NCBI GenBank assembly: GCA_050248615.1
Contig: JBFWSA010000025.1
Span: 1-31,848, forward strand
Direction of reading: 5' to 3'
Length of the DNA stretch: 31,848 nucleotides
Source of the DNA: Simkaniaceae bacterium
Lineage (GTDB): Bacteria > Chlamydiota > Chlamydiia > Chlamydiales > Simkaniaceae
Part shown: in pieces, positions 26,434 to 31,848 of the stretch
Numbering within the stretch: the stretch's first letter is position 1
Layout: each line of letters opens with the position of its first letter
The notes under the pieces: generated by a model
Database searches by the model: none
Seen by the model: the letters and a program-made list of their open reading frames with translations, nothing else
What the model was told of the DNA's origin: nothing
Position numbers and translations under genes: made by a program

Positions 26434-27205
26434 CTCTTTTTCTCCTAAAACTGCGTGGATCTTCTGAAATCGTTTTCCTTAAGAAGGCAATGACGGGGTC
26501 GTCGATTTGCAGAAAGGCATCTGGTTTATCAATATAGGCAATTTGTCCATCTTTGTGAAGGGCTAATCGATCTCCCACGAAGAGAGCTGAAATGATATCG
26601 TGGGTAACAACGATACTGGTTGCCTGAAGTTGTTCCTGTGTTTTTACAATGAGTTCATTAATCTGCATGGCGGTAATGGGGTCTAATCCTGTTGTTGGCT
26701 CGTCATAGAGAAGGTATTCGGGGCGATAGACAATGAGCCTTGCAAGGCCTGCACGCTTACGCATCCCTCCCGAAAGATCGGAAGGCATTTTTTTCTGAGT
26801 CCCGGCTAAATCGACCATTTCTAAAGCCTCATCCACTCGATCCGCAATTTCCCCCTTAGAGTACCGTTTTCCTGTTTTCAAATTTCCATGCTGTTTCAGG
26901 AAAAAAGCGGTGTTTTCTTCAATGTTCATGGAGTCGAAAAGGGCCGCTCCTTGAAAGAGCATTCCCATGTTATGGGTGATTTGAAAACGCTTTTCTCCCC
27001 TTAAGTCCGAAACGCGCACGCCATCGACTTCAATATACCCCTTATCAGCAACAGCAATCCCAATGATGTGTTTAAGAAGAACGCTTTTTCCCACTCCCGA
27101 ACGGCCCAGAATCACTAAAGTCTCTCCCTTTTCTACTTTTAGGGTGAGTCCTTTTAATACCGGGTTATTGTCATAGGCTTTCCAAAGGTCGTGGATGTCG
27201 ATCAT
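26426..27205 (-). CDS. mlaF: MlaF-family ABC ATPase
   Basis: GRSGVGKS, FQGAALFDSM, LSGGMRKR, YDEPTTGLDP, VVTHD. Confidence 0.93.
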   Translation of the reverse strand: MIDIHDLWKAYDNNPVLKGLTLKVEKGETLVILGRSGVGKSVLLKHIIGIAVADKGYIEVDGVRVSDLRGEKRFQITHNMGMLFQGAALFDSMNIEENTAFFLKQHGNLKTGKRYSKGEIADRVDEALEMVDLAGTQKKMPSDLSGGMRKRAGLARLIVYRPEYLLYDEPTTGLDPITAMQINELIVKTQEQLQATSIVVTHDIISALFVGDRLALHKDGQIAYIDKPDAFLQIDDPVIAFLRKTISEDPRSFRRKRDG

Positions 27206-27208
27206 AAC

Positions 27209-27994
27209 TTAAGAAAACCATCCCGTTGCGTTTTGGAGCAAGTTTAGGCCGAGTGTGGTGAGGAAGTTGGTGAAGAGGATAAAAGTGTAACAAATCACCA
27301 CGCTATTGGTTGTAGAGCGTCCGACTCCTTCAGCCCCCCCAGAGGTGGTCAGCCCTTTGTAACACGAAATCGTGATGATGAGGATTCCAAAAACAAAAGC
27401 TTTTACAATCCCTGTTAGCAGATCAAAATTGGTAATGTAAATGGGCATGGGATCAAAGTAAGTCGTTGGGGGCATTTTAAAATAAAAAACAGAGATCAAA
27501 TACCCTCCAAAGATCCCCATAAAGATGCTAAAAACGGTGAGGAGAGGCATCATGACCATCCCCGAGATAAAACGGGGAGAGATGAGATAGCGGTTGGGAT
27601 TCACAGCCATCGTCTCTAAGGCATCGATTTGTTCCGTCACCCGCATGGTCCCCAGTTCTGCACACATCGCTGCTCCCACGCGCCCTGTCACCATAAAAGC
27701 GGTGAGAACAGGCCCCAGTTCCGTGATCATGGCTTTCCCAACCATGAGTCCTGTTGCCCCTGCCAGCCCCTTATCACTTAACTGAAAAAACGATTGCGCT
27801 GCTAACACAAGCCCCGTAGAAAATCCCGTCATCGCCACAACGGGGAGAGATAAGACACCAATGTTGTAGAGTTGCTCACGGATTAATGACCAATGGGGGG
27901 GACGCTTGAAAGTTGCAACAGTCACATTCCAGATGAGGAGAATGAATTCCCCTGTGGCGGCTAAAAAATTAAGCTTACTGATTAAAAAGCGCAT
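27209..27994 (-). CDS. mlaE: MlaE-family ABC permease
   Basis: ELGPVLTA, GRVGAAMCAELGTMRVTEQIDALETM, GGAEGVGRSTT. Confidence 0.94.
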   Translation of the reverse strand: MRFLISKLNFLAATGEFILLIWNVTVATFKRPPHWSLIREQLYNIGVLSLPVVAMTGFSTGLVLAAQSFFQLSDKGLAGATGLMVGKAMITELGPVLTAFMVTGRVGAAMCAELGTMRVTEQIDALETMAVNPNRYLISPRFISGMVMMPLLTVFSIFMGIFGGYLISVFYFKMPPTTYFDPMPIYITNFDLLTGIVKAFVFGILIITISCYKGLTTSGGAEGVGRSTTNSVVICYTFILFTNFLTTLGLNLLQNATGWFS

Positions 27995-28005
27995 AAAAGG
28001 GGATT

Positions 28006-28488
28006 CTACTGAATTGTATACTTTTTTAAAAGCTTGGTGATGTGTGCAACAATTTCAGGAACTGTAGGGGAAATGTCAATGACTAACCCCTCCACTGGTT
28101 CTTCTAAAGTTTCGAACTGACTTTTTAAAAGGGTGGGATTAAAGAAATGCCCTTTCCGTCCTTCCAGCCGCTTACGAATAAGGGTGTCATCTCCCTTGAG
28201 ATACACAAAGAGGACATCCGAGGAAATCTTTAAGATGTTGCGGTAGCTTTCCTTAAGCGCAGAGCAGGCTAAAATGCAGTCTCGATGCTCGTGTAAGAGT
28301 TTTGCTAATGTTTGGAGCCAAGGCCACCTGTCGGCATCGGTTAGAGGGATTCCCGCTTGCATTTTTTCTTTGTTTGAAGTGCTATGGTAATCATCCCCAT
28401 CAAAAAAGGGGATCTTGAGGCTCCCACTAAGCCTTTTTCCGATCGCTGTTTTTCCACTTCCGGAAACTCCTAGAAGAATAACTCTCAT
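28006..28488 (-). CDS. gntK: Gluconokinase (GntK/IdnK type)
   Basis: GVSGSGKT, DGDDYH, GIPLTDADRWPWL, ACSALKESYR, GHFF...LLKSQFETLEEP. Confidence 0.93.
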   Translation of the reverse strand: MRVILLGVSGSGKTAIGKRLSGSLKIPFFDGDDYHSTSNKEKMQAGIPLTDADRWPWLQTLAKLLHEHRDCILACSALKESYRNILKISSDVLFVYLKGDDTLIRKRLEGRKGHFFNPTLLKSQFETLEEPVEGLVIDISPTVPEIVAHITKLLKKYTIQ

Positions 28489-28536
28489 AAAGATCCTGAT
28501 CTCTCTTGATCAGGATCTTAGAGGTTATTAGAAATT
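28489..28536. repeat. Hairpin plus direct repeat, copy A (downstream of the ORFan)
   Basis: aagatcctgatc-tctctt-gatcaggatctt followed by agaggttattagaaatt; homologous to 29571-29623. Confidence 0.8.
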
Positions 28537-28571
28537 ATGTCAAAATAGCTTAGCTTCAACTTTTTACTCAT

Positions 28572-29381
28572 TCAACATATAATACAGGGACCATTATTAT
28601 GTCTTTGTTCCATTTGTATAGAGTATAAATTAATCTTTTCTAGTAAGTAAGGGATTAATTGTGGCAACGATTCTTCTTCAATTTTAATTTTTATCATAAA
28701 AAAACCATTTTCATGAATAATCCATTTTTGATCATATTCAAGCGTGTAACCCATCATTTCTTCCAGAGCTTTGGTTATAAGTTGCTTTGGTATTGTTTCT
28801 GGAAAACAATCAATAATATTTTGGAGAGACATTTTTGATTGTCCTTGTCCTGAATTATAACTCAAAATGTCCAATATTTGATGTTGTAGAATGGAATTGT
28901 AGAAGTAATCAAAAGCAAAATCATTATCGAAGAATATTGATGCATCAGTATGCCCTTCCAAATAATCTTTAACTTTTTTGTTCTTAAACGTTTTATAGCA
29001 GTAAATTTCTAAAATACCTTTAAAAACCATTTCTTCATGTTGACTAAATTTTTTAACATTTTCAAATGCTTCTTGTCTTTTAGAAGCAGTATCTTCACCT
29101 ACTTCTAACATATCAAGCAAGTTTCTTGAGAGATTTCCTCCACCTCTGTTTGTTCTTGCTTCATTAAGTCTTAAGTGGTTTGTTTTTTCATAATTGGAAA
29201 AACTATAAACTATCTCAAACATATTTTGGATTCTGTCCCAATGTGGAGATCCTTTTTCATGTTTTTGAAATGGGTTAGAGTCTTTCTGGTCACTGGTGTC
29301 TTTTACTTCTTTATTCTCATAATGGGATTTAAGTAATAAAGGGTCATAACTGTTTATACCAGTCAGTTCATGTGTGCTCAT
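28572..29381 (-). CDS. AT-rich hypothetical protein ending in a CaaX motif (candidate effector)
   Basis: 269 aa; GAGGA RBS; ends ...GPCIIC-stop. Confidence 0.7.
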   Translation of the reverse strand: MSTHELTGINSYDPLLLKSHYENKEVKDTSDQKDSNPFQKHEKGSPHWDRIQNMFEIVYSFSNYEKTNHLRLNEARTNRGGGNLSRNLLDMLEVGEDTASKRQEAFENVKKFSQHEEMVFKGILEIYCYKTFKNKKVKDYLEGHTDASIFFDNDFAFDYFYNSILQHQILDILSYNSGQGQSKMSLQNIIDCFPETIPKQLITKALEEMMGYTLEYDQKWIIHENGFFMIKIKIEEESLPQLIPYLLEKINLYSIQMEQRHNNGPCIIC

Positions 29382-29563
29382 TTTTTCCTCTTTATGTTTT
29401 TAAGAATTTGATTGATCTAAATTTATGGTTTTTTAAGAACTCTCTAGTTTTGTAAATGTTTGCATAAAATCCAATGCATTAAATTTATTGAATATTATTT
29501 GAGTGCGAAGTTAGATTATTTGTAATTACTAATTAAATAGTTTGTTGTGAAGAATGGTTTTTT

Positions 29564-29623
29564 ATAAAAAAAAGATCTCAGTCTTTCTTGACCGAGATCT
29601 TATCTTAGAGGTTATTAGAAATT
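29564..29623 (-). terminator. Intrinsic terminator of the translocator operon (hairpin repeat copy B)
   Basis: Minus strand AAGATCTCGGTC-aagaaa-GACTGAGATCTT followed by a T run. Confidence 0.8.
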
Positions 29624-29636
29624 GAGTAAAGGCTTC

Positions 29637-30539
29637 TTAGCCACGCACCTCAAAAGCGCGTACTTCTTGCTCCATCAGCCTTTGATTCATTTGATCGATG
29701 GTTTTTACAGCTTCGTCTTCATTGCGCTTTTCATCTTGTCTCGATTGGTACTCAACGCGAGAGGCCTCACTTTGTTGCTGCCCAACAGCGACATCGCGTT
29801 GGTTGGCCATTTGTGAAGACTGTCCCCACTGTTGGAGGAAAGGCTCAGACATTTTTTGTCCCGTTTGTCCCAGCCAGTTCACCCATTGAACGGTTTCTTT
29901 ATTATCTGTCAAAGCATTGGTAAGCATATGGTCAGGAGTCCACCGATTATCATAGACTCTACCTAAGAGAGGATCCCAGTTTTCGCAGATATTTTTGATG
30001 CTATCTGTCCAGGCAGTTCTTTGTTGTACAAACTCTGTAATACCTAAGGCAGGAATCATCGTATCTGTACCGAGTTGTCCTTGGATGAGTTTAGGTCCGA
30101 ATCCCACGACCATTCCCACAATACTAGACCATTGCTGGATCTTATCACTGTTTTTAGCGGCGGTGTCGTGATGGTCAGAGACCTCATGACTAATCCGCTC
30201 CCAGTGTTTTTTCATGACGCGGGTTTCTTCTTTAGAATTTTTGGCCACATCTTGCATGGTTTTGCGTGCTACAGACATGGTGGCAAAAATGGCAAGAATG
30301 GGGTTTTGATAGCGGCGCTGTTCCATCCCTTTTTTGGAGGGAGGCGCTGGGGCCCACTGATGTGCTTCAACTTCTTGAGCACCGTTTGCTTCGTTTGCAA
30401 GAAGTGCTGACGAAATGGCATGAGGGTTACCCTCTTCTTCCACTTTTTTGGTAGTTTTAGTATCAATGAGAGCCAACTCTTTATAGCTATCGGCTTCTAT
30501 AGGATTTCCACCGCTAACTGCTACTGCGTCGGTCATCAT
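29637..30539 (-). CDS. Putative T3SS minor translocator (CopD/YopD-like)
   Basis: 300 aa; one central hydrophobic stretch and a helical Q/E-rich C-terminus; third gene after the SycD-like chaperone. Call is mainly from synteny. Confidence 0.5.
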   Translation of the reverse strand: MMTDAVAVSGGNPIEADSYKELALIDTKTTKKVEEEGNPHAISSALLANEANGAQEVEAHQWAPAPPSKKGMEQRRYQNPILAIFATMSVARKTMQDVAKNSKEETRVMKKHWERISHEVSDHHDTAAKNSDKIQQWSSIVGMVVGFGPKLIQGQLGTDTMIPALGITEFVQQRTAWTDSIKNICENWDPLLGRVYDNRWTPDHMLTNALTDNKETVQWVNWLGQTGQKMSEPFLQQWGQSSQMANQRDVAVGQQQSEASRVEYQSRQDEKRNEDEAVKTIDQMNQRLMEQEVRAFEVRG

Positions 30540-30552
30540 TTCCTCCTATGAT

Positions 30553-31689
30553 TTATGATTTTGATCCGAGTAGGATGCGGGAGATCACCTCACCTTTCAT
30601 CCGTATTTGTTCTGATGCTGCTTTACTAAGCTCAATCAAGTCTTCCATCTTAAAAGACCCGACCGTTTTCTGGATGTCATCCCGGTTTTTGAGTCTGTCA
30701 ATGTTTAGCTCATTGTTATCGCGTTCCATCAGATTTCTTGTTTTTTGAGAGCCCAAGTGGACGTAGTTCATAAACGTGTGAGATAAGTTAAGGGCTGTCT
30801 CATTAATGGCTCCTAAAGTCTTGGCTAAGTCTCCAAAATGGGCAAAACCCTGCCTCATTCCGAGCCCTGTTAAGCAAGCGCCACTTAGCGCTAAAGCCCC
30901 CACATAGGTGCTGTTATAATTCATTTGTTTCAAGGCGAAAGATCCCATGGATAAAAGACTTCCAATGATCATCTGTGCACCGGGCTGGTAGGCCCCTGCA
31001 GCCATCAATCCTGCCCCTCCAATGATTCCTGCTGAAATGAGGAGGAATTCTGTGAGGTTAAACAGGTACGACCAGGTTTCTTCTTTCTTAGAGTTTTCGT
31101 GAACCTCATCGATTTTCTTGAAGAACTCTTCATTGATGTGATTCCGTTTTTTAACATGGGTTTCTAAGATCTGTTGGGTATTTTCGTGCCCCAAAGCGCG
31201 TGTTTCATAGATATCATCGACAACACGTGCCCATACCGCACCTAACATGTTCACTGTCCCTTGGAACATTTTAGAAAGCTCAGATTGGGGCGGGGGAGCG
31301 ATAGGTGGGCTCCGGTGGGCACCGATTAAAGGTTTGTTCTCAACTTGTGAGATAGTAGCCTTAGGAATATCCATAGGCTCTGGATCAGGTAAGGGGAGGA
31401 CAGGCTTCGCAACCTCTTGAGGAGGACTTTGAAGCTTGGCTTGGGGTTGCATGAAAAAAGAGCGATCAAAGTCTACAGGTTCCGTCTCTGTTGGGAGGGT
31501 CTGTAGAGGCAATATGTCAGGAAGGAGCTCTTTTGACTTTTGTTTTGGACGAAAATCGTCCAAAAAGAGGTCTTGTTGCTCTAACTGTCTAAGATCGACA
31601 ATCTGTCGACTGAGAGGATCCCTTTTTTCCCCGATCTCATGAGGGAGATAAAAAGGACGATCCAAACTAATGGATCCACCGTCCGCCAT
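30553..31689 (-). CDS. Putative T3SS major translocator (CopB/YopB-like)
   Basis: 378 aa; Pro-rich N-terminus, then a coiled region, a Gly-rich hydrophobic hairpin and a helical C-terminus; directly after the SycD-like chaperone. Confidence 0.55.
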   Translation of the reverse strand: MADGGSISLDRPFYLPHEIGEKRDPLSRQIVDLRQLEQQDLFLDDFRPKQKSKELLPDILPLQTLPTETEPVDFDRSFFMQPQAKLQSPPQEVAKPVLPLPDPEPMDIPKATISQVENKPLIGAHRSPPIAPPPQSELSKMFQGTVNMLGAVWARVVDDIYETRALGHENTQQILETHVKKRNHINEEFFKKIDEVHENSKKEETWSYLFNLTEFLLISAGIIGGAGLMAAGAYQPGAQMIIGSLLSMGSFALKQMNYNSTYVGALALSGACLTGLGMRQGFAHFGDLAKTLGAINETALNLSHTFMNYVHLGSQKTRNLMERDNNELNIDRLKNRDDIQKTVGSFKMEDLIELSKAASEQIRMKGEVISRILLGSKS

Positions 31690-31692
31690 GGG

Positions 31693-31848
31693 TTATGCTC
31701 CTTGCTCTTCTTCTTTTTTCCAAGAAGATTCTAGGGTTTCCACTTTTTCTCGAAGCTCTCGGTGCTCAGCTGTCAAGCGCGACTTAGTAGCGCGCACCGC
31801 TTTGAGCCCTTCTGAATAGTCTTCGAGGGCAAGATAACACTCTGCAGC
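31693..31848 (-). CDS. SycD/LcrH-family TPR T3SS chaperone (C-terminal part; 5' end outside window)
   Basis: Manual translation AAECYLALEDYSEGLKAV...EQGA-stop; AAECYL is typical of the last TPR of SycD/LcrH. GGAG before the next ATG. Confidence 0.65.
   Translation of the reverse strand, partial: AAECYLALEDYSEGLKAVRATKSRLTAEHRELREKVETLESSWKKEEEQGA

Noticed and set aside
25222..28488. Functional link between gluconokinase and the Mla operon
   Set aside because: Close spacing only; no known mechanistic connection, and gene packing is tight throughout the window.

Overview
This looks like chromosomal DNA from an environmental Chlamydiae member (Simkaniaceae/Rhabdochlamydia-like). That assignment is inferred from gene content: a SycD/LcrH-CopB-CopD-type translocator cluster, orphan OppA paralogues, YqgE and chlamydia-type hypothetical proteins. 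Housekeeping and transport genes are a DUF2227 protein, a phosphoribosyltransferase, two OppA, a DHA2 MFS pump, MlaEFD and gluconokinase. Accessory, probably host-directed loci are: (i) four membrane-anchored or exported proteins with a protein-kinase-like motif set, in two tandem pairs; (ii) a TpsA/TpsB two-partner secretion pair inserted between the oppA genes; (iii) a duplicated two-gene unit made of six copies of one ~110-aa hydrophobic module; (iv) an AT-rich ORFan ending in a CaaX box, bracketed by a duplicated hairpin just downstream of the translocator genes; (v) a small ADP-ribosyltransferase-like ORFan. Intergenic DNA carries a family of TATA-bounded palindromes (three 35-36 bp copies, one half-site, and abutting ~165-bp and 128-bp elements) that resemble ERIC/Correia-type MITEs. 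I saw no rRNA, tRNA, CRISPR array or transposase.
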